Notes: generated by a model not told the origin, from the sequence alone. DNA of 64,000 nucleotides from an uncultured Adlercreutzia sp. (GCF_958431955.1 NZ_CAUASN010000009.1:11645-75644); one strand, 5' to 3'; shown: positions 19,850 to 28,440, counted from the first letter of the stretch. Program-made: numbers and translations.

Positions 19850-20773
19850 CTAGGAAACGGTCAGTTCGGGCAGCTCCACGTGCTCCACCACATCCATGGG
19901 GCGGGCGAGCACGCGGCCGCCGAAGCGGCGGAACTCCTCGGTATCGGAGCCCGTCGTGAAAAAAGCGTGCACGGGCACGTTCCCCGGCCGGGCGAAGCTG
20001 CGGCGCCGGCGCAGGATGTGGTCCACGTCGCGGGCTGTCTCGTCGGCCGACGACACCAAAGTGACGGGACGTCCCACCACGCCGCCGATGAGCGCCTTCA
20101 AAAGCGGGTAGTGGGTGCAGCCCAGCACGAGGGTATCGATCTCGCAGCGGCGCAAAGGCTCCAGGTACTCGCGGGCGATCTCCTCGAATTCCGGGCGGAT
20201 GTAGACCTTCGAGGCATCGGAGAGGTAGTCCTCGATGGGGCCTTCCGCCATCTTCAGCCCCAGCTCGGCGATCTCCACGAAGCGCGGCGTGGCCGTGGAG
20301 AACACGGTGATGCCCGCGTCGATGTGGCGGATGGCGTCGGAGTAGGCGTTGGATTCCACGGTGCCCTTGGTAGCGATGACCCCCACCCGCCGGTTCAAGG
20401 TGGTGTGGGCCGCCGCCCGCGCGCCCGGTTCCACCACGCCCACCACCGGCACCGGGAAGGCGCGCTGGGCGTGGGCGAGGCCGGCCGCGGTGGCCGTATT
20501 GCAGGCGATGACGATCATCTTCACGTCCCGGCCCAGAAGCCAGGTGCAGATCTGCTGGACGAAGCGGTCCACCTCGGCCTGGTCGCGCGGGCCGTAGGGG
20601 CAGCGGGCCGAGTCGCCGAAGTACACGAGGCTCTCCTCGGGCAGGCGCTTCTGGAGCGCCCGGGCCACCGTAAGGCCGCCGTAGCCCGAGTCGAAGACCC
20701 CGATGGGCCGGTTGTCGAAGGGCCCCGAGACGTCGGCGGCCGCGTCTTCCCTACTCATGGACGACGACGACAT
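19850..20773 (-). CDS. murI: glutamate racemase
   Basis: IGVFDSGYGGLTVARAL ... YFGDSARCPYG ... IVIACNTATAA ... LGCTHYPLL. The conserved murI-rdgB pair. Confidence 0.9.
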   Translation of the reverse strand: MSSSSMSREDAAADVSGPFDNRPIGVFDSGYGGLTVARALQKRLPEESLVYFGDSARCPYGPRDQAEVDRFVQQICTWLLGRDVKMIVIACNTATAAGLAHAQRAFPVPVVGVVEPGARAAAHTTLNRRVGVIATKGTVESNAYSDAIRHIDAGITVFSTATPRFVEIAELGLKMAEGPIEDYLSDASKVYIRPEFEEIAREYLEPLRRCEIDTLVLGCTHYPLLKALIGGVVGRPVTLVSSADETARDVDHILRRRRSFARPGNVPVHAFFTTGSDTEEFRRFGGRVLARPMDVVEHVELPELTVS

Positions 20774-22616
20774 CGCCGACCTCGACCACCTCGTGAAGCT
20801 CCTTGGCCTTCTCGGGCGGCAGGTTCACGCAGCCGTGGCTGCCGTGGTCCTTGTACCAGTCGCCGCCGAACTCGGCCTGCCAGCCGGCGTCATGGAACCC
20901 GATGGAGTTGTCCTTGAAGGGCATCCAGAACTCCACCTCGGTCTCGTAGTCCTTCGAGCCGTCGGGCTTGTAGCCGCGCAGCACCGACTTGCCGTCGTTG
21001 GTCTTGATGTAGTAGACGCCCTGGGGGGTGTCGCGGCCGTCGGCGGGCAGCCCCGTCACGATGTCGCTCTCCCACAGAATGGAGCCGTCAAGATCGTAGA
21101 AACGGGCGTACTGCTCGGTCAGGTCCACGTCGATGTAGCAGGCGCCGAAGTCGCGGCCGTACTCGTCGGGGGCCTGGGCCGCCCGCTGCTTCATGGATAT
21201 CTCCACCGTGCCGCCCGCGCCGCTCGTCAAGGCCTCGCGCACAGCCTCGGCCGTGGCCTCGCTGTCGGTGATCCACCCGTAGTCGCCGCCCTTCACGGTG
21301 ATCTGCTTGCCGTCGGGGCGCTCGTAGGAGCGCTCGGAGCCGGTCGTGTCCATGGCGTTCACCTGCTCCTTCACCATGGCCACCAAAGGCTCCGGGTCGA
21401 AGGAGACGGACATGTCGTCGCCCAGGGTGATATGGGCCGCGATGGCGTCGGCGTTGATGGCCAGCCGCTCGACGCCCTCCATGGTGACGCTCACCGCCGC
21501 GCCCACGTACTTGTTGGCCTCCTCGGCCGCGGCCGCCAGGGCCGGATCGTCGGAGAGCACCTCGGGGCGCGCGAGCACCGCGTCGGTCAGGGTCACCTTC
21601 GGCGCGAAGTTCACCGTGCCGCGCACCACCTCGTCCATCACCTCGTCCACGAGCAGGGTGTTGCCCTCCTGCTCCGGCTCGATGACAAAGGCACCCTCGG
21701 CGGCGTCGTAGGCCACCGTGGCGTTCTTGGGGGCCACGCCGCGGGCGTTGGCGCGCTCCACGGCCGCCTGCAGAGTGTCGGCGAGCTTGGTCTCCTCGAA
21801 GGTGGACACCAAATCCTCGGTGTCGTCGTGGCTCTGGAATATCTCGTAGGGCCACGCCCAGGGGTTCATCTCCGAGAGCAGGCCGTCGGCGATGGAGGCG
21901 CTGTCCAGCGACATGCCCATGTCCGCGGCCGACAGCGTGAGGTCAAGCCCGTGGCCCTCCACCTTGAAGGTGTAGTCGCCGAGGAGCTGGTCGAGCATCT
22001 GGTGCACTTCCTCGGGGGTCTTGCCCGAGATGTCCATGCCGATGATGGAGCTGTTGGGGAAGAAGCGCCCCATGAAGATGAAGGCGCCCACCAAGTACAC
22101 GAGCGCGATGACCCCCACAACCGACGCCAGGGCGATGCCGAACACCTTCAGCCCGCGGTGCCGCCCGCGCTCCGGCGGGTTGGGGTTCACCTGGTAGCTC
22201 GGCACGTAGCCGCCGGCGGCGAAGGACCCCGCGGGAGCCACCGCGCCGATGGGAGGCACCGGAGGCATGGCGCCCGACGCGCCGGGGGCGACCGGCGGCA
22301 TCGCACCCGAGGCGGCGGGGCTCGCTTTCGGCATGGCCCCTGTCGAGCCGGGGCTCACGCGGGGCATGGCGCCCGAGGCGCCGGAGGCAACCGGCGGCAT
22401 CGCACCCGAGGCGGCGGGGCTCACTTTCGGCATGGCCCCTGTCGAGCCGGGGCTCACGCGGGGCATGGCACCCGACGCGCCGGGGGCGACCGGCGGCATG
22501 GCGCCCGTCGAGCCCGTACGCGCGGCGTGGGCTCCCGCCGATGCCGCGCGGGAGGTCCGGCCCCCCGACGCCGCGCCCCTCTTCTTCCCGGTATGTTCCT
22601 TCTTGCTATTGGCCAT
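20751..22616 (-). CDS. L,D-transpeptidase (YkuD) family protein with a repeat-rich N-terminus and one TM
   Basis: The C-terminal YkuD domain reads YIDVDLTEQYARFYD...GYKPDG...HGSHGCVNLPPEKAKEL. A TM (FGIALASVVGVIALVYLVGAFIF) follows an 11-aa repeat array. Confidence 0.85.
   Translation of the reverse strand: MANSKKEHTGKKRGAASGGRTSRAASAGAHAARTGSTGAMPPVAPGASGAMPRVSPGSTGAMPKVSPAASGAMPPVASGASGAMPRVSPGSTGAMPKASPAASGAMPPVAPGASGAMPPVPPIGAVAPAGSFAAGGYVPSYQVNPNPPERGRHRGLKVFGIALASVVGVIALVYLVGAFIFMGRFFPNSSIIGMDISGKTPEEVHQMLDQLLGDYTFKVEGHGLDLTLSAADMGMSLDSASIADGLLSEMNPWAWPYEIFQSHDDTEDLVSTFEETKLADTLQAAVERANARGVAPKNATVAYDAAEGAFVIEPEQEGNTLLVDEVMDEVVRGTVNFAPKVTLTDAVLARPEVLSDDPALAAAAEEANKYVGAAVSVTMEGVERLAINADAIAAHITLGDDMSVSFDPEPLVAMVKEQVNAMDTTGSERSYERPDGKQITVKGGDYGWITDSEATAEAVREALTSGAGGTVEISMKQRAAQAPDEYGRDFGACYIDVDLTEQYARFYDLDGSILWESDIVTGLPADGRDTPQGVYYIKTNDGKSVLRGYKPDGSKDYETEVEFWMPFKDNSIGFHDAGWQAEFGGDWYKDHGSHGCVNLPPEKAKELHEVVEVGDVVVVHE
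22251..22505 (-). repeat. in-frame tandem repeat: 99-nt units (22266-22364, 22365-22463, partial third) encoding 8 copies of the 11-aa motif GAMPxVSPGxS
   Basis: Hand alignment of units 1 and 2 shows 4 mismatches in 99 nt. The protein reads GAMPPVAPGAS GAMPRVSPGST GAMPKVSPAAS, repeated. Confidence 0.9.
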
Positions 22617-22872
22617 ATCGTGCTTCCATGGATGTCGTTTCGCTAACAGAGGGCCGCACGAGCCCTCGCCACTTGAGAGTTGTCCTATTATACGCTACTC
22701 GCGTCCCGCGGACCGCGCGTTGTTGCCCCTACTTTCACACAGATGGCCCCCGGCCGTCATCGCCGGCGCGAATTCTCCGCGGCCCATCCACGAAACTTAC
22801 GCGATTTTCAGGAGTTTCCCCAGAACATAAGCGATTTTGTCAGAATATCGCGTCATCATGGACGCCGCCCCA

Positions 22873-22915
22873 AGAAAAAGCCCCTCCGGCCGGGCAGGTT
22901 GCCAGCCGGAGGGGC
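22873..22915 (-). terminator. intrinsic terminator after ssrA
   Basis: A 10-bp stem gcccctccgg/ccggaggggc (22880-22889 / 22906-22915) is followed by tttttctt on the minus strand, 10 nt past the tmRNA CCA end. Confidence 0.75.
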
Positions 22916-22925
22916 CGAACGGTTC

Positions 22926-23306
22926 TGGTGGAGGCGCGGAGAATCGAACTCCGGTCCATACTAAATCGTCCACGAGGCTCTACAAGCTTAGTCGGCGATC
23001 GGGCTTCGGAGCGGATCGGTTCGCCGACCAACGTGGCCGCTCCTAGTCGGTTCAGTCTTTCCCGCGGCCATACCGGCTACGTGCCGCGGGGCATTCCCCT
23101 TAAGTTGACGCCTTGCCCGGTTCGGGGAAACACCGGGGTCGGCGATCACCAAAAACTGCGGTTAGGCAGCCATGGCGGCCGGCATGTAGTAGCCGGTCTT
23201 AGAAGTGTTTTTGCCAATTAACTTGACGTTACCCCTGTTTAACGTGGCGAGGAGACCACGACCTGCTCCTCGTTTCGGACTTACCATGTCGAAACCAGTC
23301 GCCCCC
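22926..23306 (-). ncRNA. ssrA: tmRNA (transfer-messenger RNA)
   Basis: The minus strand starts GGGGGCGACTGGTTTCGAC and ends GGAGTTCGATTCTCCGCGCCTCCACCA. The acceptor stem carries the G3:U wobble. The internal tag frame reads ...GKNTSKTGYYMPAAMAA-TAA. Confidence 0.9.
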
Positions 23307-23322
23307 AAAAGGGTATCGTCCC

Positions 23323-23350
23323 ATTCTAGCGGCCGCGCCCTTCCTGTCAA
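23323..23350 (-). promoter_or_regulatory. ssrA promoter
   Basis: The minus strand has TTGACA (23350-23345), a 16-nt spacer and TAGAAT (23328-23323), about 17 nt before the mature 5' end. Confidence 0.6.
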
Positions 23351-23426
23351 GGGCAGCGCGGCCGCCGCGGTGCGGGAGCGGGCGACGCACGGCCGTCCGC
23401 CCCCGCCCCAGGCAGTGGGAGGGCGC

Positions 23427-24380
23427 CTACTGGGCCACGGTGATAAGCTCGGTGCCCGCCAGATCGTAGTCGTCCAAACACAGGCTGTGGCGCGCCGGCT
23501 CGTCGTAGGTGCACCAGTAGTAGGTGCGGCTCGCCGCCGAGTAGCAGTCGCTGAACATGGTGTACTCGTAGCGGCCGTCGCCCATCTTGCCGCCGCCCTT
23601 GCACATCGAGCAGCCCTCCAAGGTGCGGAACAGACGCGTCACGTTCGCGGCCTCGCCCTCCTCGGTCGGGTAGTTGGCGTTCAGGTAAGCGGCGCGCACG
23701 AAGCGGCTGGCCGGGTCGTAGCCGCCCGGGAAGCCCATCATGCCCGCGCCGGTGCCGAAGGCCTTCAGCGTGTCGCGGGTCCAGGTGACCGGCTCCGGAT
23801 GCTCGTTGCTCACGTGCATGTAGTTGCGCACGTTCTCGACATGCCACGGGAAGGGCGGCTGGTTGGTCAGCACGTCCAGGCCGTCGTCGTACACGTGCAT
23901 GCCGTCGGCCTGGCACTCGATGACGATGGACTCCTTCGCGTCGCCCACGATCCAGTGCAGCTGGGCCACGGCGTAGCCCTCGTTGGGGGCCTTGGCCACG
24001 AGCGTAACCTTCTCGAGCGCGGAGCGCAGCTCGGCCACGGTGGAGAACTGCGAGGCGATCCACAGCGGGAACTCGTAGACGGCCAGGTTCACGGCACCCT
24101 CGGCCGGGCCCTCGGCGAACTGGGCGTAGCCGGGGAAGTTCAGGCCGCCCACGGCGAGCCCCGCCTCGTTGCCGCAGTCGAAGTAGCACGGAGCGCCGTT
24201 CACCACGATGGCCGTGCCCACGCAGGCGTACTTCGGCTCGATGGTGCCGAGGAAGGGCGACGGGATGCGCGCGCCGCGCGGGGTGACCACGACCCCCTCG
24301 CCGTAGGACTCGCACCAGTCCAGATTGCGACCGAAGTACATATTGCCCTTGCTGTCAGAGAAGCGGACGCCTGTGCACAT
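23427..24380 (-). CDS. choloylglycine hydrolase family (bile salt hydrolase / penicillin V acylase, Ntn C59)
   Basis: MCTGVRFSDSKGNMYFGRNLDW has the nucleophile Cys2 plus the RNLD motif. The 317-aa length is typical. Confidence 0.9.
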   Translation of the reverse strand: MCTGVRFSDSKGNMYFGRNLDWCESYGEGVVVTPRGARIPSPFLGTIEPKYACVGTAIVVNGAPCYFDCGNEAGLAVGGLNFPGYAQFAEGPAEGAVNLAVYEFPLWIASQFSTVAELRSALEKVTLVAKAPNEGYAVAQLHWIVGDAKESIVIECQADGMHVYDDGLDVLTNQPPFPWHVENVRNYMHVSNEHPEPVTWTRDTLKAFGTGAGMMGFPGGYDPASRFVRAAYLNANYPTEEGEAANVTRLFRTLEGCSMCKGGGKMGDGRYEYTMFSDCYSAASRTYYWCTYDEPARHSLCLDDYDLAGTELITVAQ

Positions 24381-24400
24381 GATGATCTCCTAAGTCTCGG

Positions 24401-24434
24401 AAACAAAACGGGAGCGATCAGCCCGATCGCTCCC
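24401..24434 (-). terminator. intrinsic terminator after the acidic-protein gene, 20 nt before the hydrolase ATG
   Basis: A perfect 10-bp stem gggagcgatc/gatcgctccc (24410-24419 / 24425-24434) has a 5-nt loop, then gttttgtttcc on the minus strand. Confidence 0.8.
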
Positions 24435-24512
24435 GCCCATGGTAGGCCCGCACCTCGCCTGCCCGCCGCCTGGGCCCGGCTCGGTTGCCGTTTTGACAGC
24501 GACGTGTCGCCG

Positions 24513-25136
24513 TTACCTTTTCTTCTTCAGAAAGCTGAGCGAGTCGGCGATCTCGTCGAAGGTGCCCTTCAGCTCCGAGGCCACGGCCATGCCGTCCTTG
24601 TAGATGGCGTTCACGTCCTTGGTGGCCGCCGCCACGCCCTCGCGGCTGATGCCGAGGTCGAACTCGCCGCCGTCGGAGGTGCGCTCCACGCGCACGCCGT
24701 CGTCGTCGTTGTCCTCGTCGACGTAGTAGTACTCCACCTCGTTGCCGTCCTCGTCCAGAAGCACGAAGCCGATCTCGTTGTCGAACTCGTCCACGATGAC
24801 GGCATGCACATCGCCGTCCTCGATCTCCATCTCGATGACCTCGCTCTCCTCCTCCGGCTCTTCTTCCACGTGGTAGCCCTCGGAGTGCAGGATGTCGGCC
24901 TCCTCGTCGGCGGCCACGGCCTCTTCCACCTCTTCGGCGTCCCACCCGTCGTAGTCGGCCTCGTTATCGGTCATGAAGCTGTCGTAGGCGTGCTCCACAT
25001 CGCTTTCCGCGGCATCCTCGCCGAAGATCTCGTCCTCGTCGTCCTCCGCGTCCTGAAGCTCGGTCTCCTGGTCGGTCCACTCGGCCTCGGTCTCGCCGGT
25101 CTCTTCCATGCTCTCAAGCTCTTCGTCCAGGCCCAT
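24513..25136 (-). CDS. hypothetical, extremely acidic 207-aa protein
   Basis: Long clean ORF with AAAGGAG before the ATG. 27 of the first 60 residues are D/E (hand count). I recognise no domain. Confidence 0.6.
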   Translation of the reverse strand: MGLDEELESMEETGETEAEWTDQETELQDAEDDEDEIFGEDAAESDVEHAYDSFMTDNEADYDGWDAEEVEEAVAADEEADILHSEGYHVEEEPEEESEVIEMEIEDGDVHAVIVDEFDNEIGFVLLDEDGNEVEYYYVDEDNDDDGVRVERTSDGGEFDLGISREGVAAATKDVNAIYKDGMAVASELKGTFDEIADSLSFLKKKR

Positions 25137-25247
25137 GGCGTCGCTCCTTTTATCGTGTCCGTCCTTCAGCGGGGCGCGCGGACGCGCCCGCTATTTCATG
25201 ATGCCACCCGTCGGCGTTAGTCGCACGCGGGCCGCGCTTTCGTTTCC

Positions 25248-25715
25248 CTACCGTGAACGCGCTTTCATGGCGCGGTCGATCTCGCGCTTCATATCGCGCT
25301 CCCTCATGGAGGCGCGCTTGTCGAAGAGCTTCTTGCCGCGGGCGAGCGCCAGCTCCACCTTCACGCGGCCATCGGCGTTGAAGTACATCTTCAGAGGCAC
25401 GATGGCCAGGCCCTTCTCGGCCACCTTCGCCTCCAGGTAGCGGATCTGCTTCTTGTGCAGCAGAAGCCGGCGCTTGCGGTCGGGGTCGGGGTTGAAGATG
25501 CTGCCGTTGGCATAAGGCGGGATGTGCACGTTGTTCAGCCACACCTCGCCGCCTCGGATGAGCGCGAAGCAGTCGGTGAGCTGGCAGTGGTTGTCGCGCA
25601 GCGAGCGCACCTCGGTGCCCGTCAGCTCGATGCCGGCCTCATAGGTCTCCAGCACCTCGTAGTCGTGCAGCGCCCGACGGTTCTTCGCGATGAGCTTCTC
25701 GTCGCGCTTCGCCAC
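25248..25715 (-). CDS. smpB: SsrA-binding protein
   Basis: IAKNRRALHDYEVLETYEAGIELTGTEVRSLR ... LLLHKKQIRYL ... GLAIVPLKMYF. GTG start 25715 with AAGGAGG upstream. Confidence 0.9.
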   Translation of the reverse strand: MAKRDEKLIAKNRRALHDYEVLETYEAGIELTGTEVRSLRDNHCQLTDCFALIRGGEVWLNNVHIPPYANGSIFNPDPDRKRRLLLHKKQIRYLEAKVAEKGLAIVPLKMYFNADGRVKVELALARGKKLFDKRASMRERDMKREIDRAMKARSR

Positions 25716-25720
25716 GGCCC

Positions 25721-26863
25721 CTACGCCTCCTTGGACGGGCGCGCGACCGCGGCATCGTCGCCAGCTTCGGCCGCCCCCGCGCTCGCCGCGCCGCCCATAC
25801 CGGGCACGAAGCTCACATCGGCGGACAGGTCGCGGGCGAAGCGCACGATGAGGCGCACCGTGGCCTGAAGATCCTCCAGGCACACCACCTCGGTGGGCGT
25901 GTGCATGTAGCGCAGCGGCACCGAGATGAGGCCGGTGGGAATGCCGTCGCGAGCCACCTGGATGGCGCGGGCGTCGGTGCCGGTCACAGAGGGCTCGGCC
26001 TCCAGCTGGTACGAAATGCCCTCGGCCTTCGCGGCGGCCACGAGCCGCTCGAAGACCACGGGGTTGATGTTCGGGCCGCGGGCGATGACCGGGCCGGCCC
26101 CGCAGACGATCTTGCCGTACTTGGTCTTGTCGATGCCGGGGTAGTCGGTGGCATGGGTCACGTCGAAGGCCAGAGCCACGTCCGGGTTCACAGCATGGGC
26201 GGAAGTCATGGCGCCGCGGGTGCCGATCTCCTCCTGGGTGGTGGCCGCGGCGATGAAGTCGCCCGGGGCACCGCCGGCCTTCGCCAGCTCCTCCATCACG
26301 CGGCAGGCGATCCACACGCCGCACTTGTCGTCGAAGCACTTCGACACGGCCATGCCGTCGCCGAAGCGCTCGAAGCCCACGCCGAAGGTGATGGGGTCGC
26401 CCACGGACACGAGCTTCTTCACGCGCTTGGGCTTCATCCCCAGATCGATCACGAGCGACGAGAGCGGCGTGACGTTCTTGCGCTCGTCGGGCTCGATGAG
26501 GTGAATGGGCTTGCGACCCACCACGCCGCGCAGCACGCCGCTTTCCGTATGCACGTCCACGCGCATGCCGGGCAGAATGGCCGCGTCGACCCCGCCGAGC
26601 GAGGCCACCGACAAGAAGCCCTCGTCGGAGATGTAGGTGACCATGAGGCCGATCTCATCCATGTGCGCCGCCAGCATGAGCGTAGGCGCGCCCTCCTCGG
26701 TGCCCGCAAGCAGTGCCCGCACCGAACCCATGGTGTCGGTGGTTATCTCGTCGGCCACATCGGCCAGACGCTCGCGCACGAGCGCGGCGGCCGGCTCCTC
26801 GAACCCGGTCGGCGAAGGGGTCTCCAGCAGCTCCTTCAGAAACTTCACGTGCTTCTTCTTCAT
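25721..26863 (-). CDS. M42 family metallopeptidase (FrvX/YsdC-type aminopeptidase)
   Basis: MKKKHVKFLKELLETPSPTGFEEPAA ... LAAHMDEIGLMV ... FDDKCGV ... TQEEIGTRGA ... YMHTPTE. Confidence 0.85.
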   Translation of the reverse strand: MKKKHVKFLKELLETPSPTGFEEPAAALVRERLADVADEITTDTMGSVRALLAGTEEGAPTLMLAAHMDEIGLMVTYISDEGFLSVASLGGVDAAILPGMRVDVHTESGVLRGVVGRKPIHLIEPDERKNVTPLSSLVIDLGMKPKRVKKLVSVGDPITFGVGFERFGDGMAVSKCFDDKCGVWIACRVMEELAKAGGAPGDFIAAATTQEEIGTRGAMTSAHAVNPDVALAFDVTHATDYPGIDKTKYGKIVCGAGPVIARGPNINPVVFERLVAAAKAEGISYQLEAEPSVTGTDARAIQVARDGIPTGLISVPLRYMHTPTEVVCLEDLQATVRLIVRFARDLSADVSFVPGMGGAASAGAAEAGDDAAVARPSKEA

Positions 26864-26864
26864 A

Positions 26865-27161
26865 TCACCAGTATCCTTTCGAATGCTTCCGCTTACGCTC
26901 GGGCTTGGGCGGACGGAAATCGAGCGCCAGCTGGCCGTCGGTGGTCTTCTCCTGCTTCTCGGCGGGGGCCGCGCCCTTGCGCTCCACCTTCTCGATGGTC
27001 CACGACACCGCGCCCGCGCCGAACAGCTCCAGCATCTTCAGGCGCGCGTCGTGGGCGTTGGCCTTGGTGTTGGCGCGCGCGTCGCTCTCGAACTCGAACA
27101 GGCCGCGTTCGCGGTCGTGGGAGCCTTTGGGCGACTGGTAGTGGGCGATGTAGGTTGCCAT
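26865..27161 (-). CDS. hypothetical 98-aa protein with a basic C-terminus
   Basis: MATYIAHYQSPKGSHDRERGLFEFESD... with GAAGGAAGG upstream. The longer track ORF 26865..27320 would read through tRNA-Thr, so I trimmed it. No domain recognised. Confidence 0.45.
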   Translation of the reverse strand: MATYIAHYQSPKGSHDRERGLFEFESDARANTKANAHDARLKMLELFGAGAVSWTIEKVERKGAAPAEKQEKTTDGQLALDFRPPKPERKRKHSKGYW

Positions 27162-27247
27162 AGACGCTCGGATTCCTTCCTTCTCTAGCTCGCCCGCCAT
27201 TCTAGCACGAGGGGCGCGAGCGCGTGCCGCCGCAGGGCCGACAACGC

Positions 27248-27276
27248 AAAAGCGGACCGGAATGATTCCGATCCGC
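27248..27276 (-). terminator. terminator after tRNA-Thr
   Basis: Stem gcggaccggaa/ttccgatccgc (one mismatch), followed by ttttgcg on the minus strand, 10 nt past the tRNA 3' end. Confidence 0.55.
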
Positions 27277-27285
27277 TTTGAATGC

Positions 27286-27360
27286 TGGAGCCAGTGACAG
27301 GAATCGAACCCGCAACCCACTGATTACAAATCAGTTGCTCTACCGTTGAGCCACACTGGC
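27286..27360 (-). tRNA. tRNA-Thr (anticodon UGU), CCA encoded
   Basis: The minus strand reads GCCAGTG TG GCTC AACGGTA GAGC A ACTGA TTTGTAA TCAGT GGGTT GCGGG TTCGATT CCTGT CACTGGC T CCA. It has a 7-bp acceptor and good D and anticodon stems. The T stem has two G:U pairs. Confidence 0.85.
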
Positions 27361-27570
27361 AAAGTGTCCGCGACCCGCGAGGCCGCGTCCGCGAGCGGAG
27401 CCTTCAAGCCGCACTCGCGAGCGCCCATTGTACGACAACGGGCCCGTTTAGAAAAGGCCGCGCACCGCATGCCCACAGGCCGACGGCGCGCCGCTGCAAC
27501 GCCACGCCCCCCGCACACGCCGGGTCCCGCGCCGCGATTACAGCCCGGAAGTCCTTCCGCGGCCACAGCG

Positions 27571-28254
27571 CTATTCCTTGGCGCCCCACTGCTCGTAGTA
27601 GGCGTCGATAGCCGCCGCGATGGCGTCGTCGATGACCACGCGGCCGGCCACCTCGCGGTTGTGCAGGCACTCCTTCACCTCGGCCATGGACACGATGGAG
27701 GCCACCGGGAAGCCGTACTTCGCCTCGATCTCCTTCTGCGCCGTGGTCACACCGCCCTTCCCCACTTCCATGCGGTTCAAGGACACGATGAGCCCGCGCA
27801 CGTCCACGTCGGCCGCCGCCTTCAGGATGGGATAGGTCTCGTCGATGGACTTGCCCGAGGTGGTCACGTCCTCCACCATGATCACGCGGTCGCCGTCATG
27901 CAGCTCGGCGCCCAGAAGGTTGCCCGCATCGGCCCCGTGATCCTTCACTTCCTTGCGGTTGCAGCAGTACTTCACTTCCTTGCCGTAGAGCTCCTGCAGC
28001 GCCATGGCCGTGACCACCGCCAGCGGGATGCCCTTGTAGGCCGGCCCGAACACCACGTCGAAGTCGAGCCCGAAGTTCTCGTTGATGGCCTGGGCGTAAT
28101 AAAGGCCCAGGCGGTGCAGCTGCTCGCCCGTCACATAGGCGCCCGCGTTCATGAAGAACGGCGACTTGCGCCCGCTCTTCAACGTGAAGTCGCCGAACTT
28201 CAGCACGTCGCTTTGCACCATGAACTCGATGAACTCGCGTTTGTAAGCCTCCAT
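27571..28254 (-). CDS. pyrE: orotate phosphoribosyltransferase
   Basis: MEAYKREFIEFMVQSDVLKFGDFTLKSGRKSPFFMNAG ... VIMVEDVTTSGKS is the PRPP motif. Trimmed to ATG 28254. Confidence 0.9.
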   Translation of the reverse strand: MEAYKREFIEFMVQSDVLKFGDFTLKSGRKSPFFMNAGAYVTGEQLHRLGLYYAQAINENFGLDFDVVFGPAYKGIPLAVVTAMALQELYGKEVKYCCNRKEVKDHGADAGNLLGAELHDGDRVIMVEDVTTSGKSIDETYPILKAAADVDVRGLIVSLNRMEVGKGGVTTAQKEIEAKYGFPVASIVSMAEVKECLHNREVAGRVVIDDAIAAAIDAYYEQWGAKE

Positions 28255-28410
28255 GGCCGCCCTTTCGTCCCATGAGGTTCGCCCTCGTTGCTTCCAATAG
28301 GGAACATGATACCCGATTCGCCCGCCCGTTTTCGCCGAGCAGGCGAAACCGCCGGGACGGAAGCGGGCCTCCCGTCGGCCGGCGCGCCGAGAGCGGCGCA
28401 ATGGGACCGC

Positions 28411-28440
28411 TTGACACCCGAACATTTATTCGGTTACTAT
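28411..28440 (+). promoter_or_regulatory. near-consensus promoter with an embedded LexA-like (CGAAC-N4-GTTCG type) box
   Basis: TTGACA (28411-28416), an 18-nt spacer, TACTAT (28435-28440). The spacer contains CGAACATTTATTCG (28419-28432), one mismatch (G to A) from the GAAC-N4-GTTC core. Confidence 0.45.

Noticed and set aside
22251-22505. Tandem repeat considered as a CRISPR array or minisatellite
   Set aside because: The units are contiguous with no spacers, in frame, and inside a well-supported coding region. No cas genes are present anywhere in the window.
22541-23221. 226-aa plus-strand ORF and other ORFs across 22680-23350
   Set aside because: They overlap the tmRNA gene, whose 5' and 3' tRNA-like ends, tag frame, promoter and terminator are all visible.
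26865-27320. 151-aa ORF upstream of the M42 peptidase
   Set aside because: Its first ~50 codons run through tRNA-Thr and its terminator. I trimmed it to the internal ATG 27161, which has a good RBS.
1-28254. 28 kb of exclusively minus-strand genes as a sign of an unusual super-operon
   Set aside because: Multiple terminators and promoters interrupt the block. Co-orientation with replication is the ordinary explanation for core genes.
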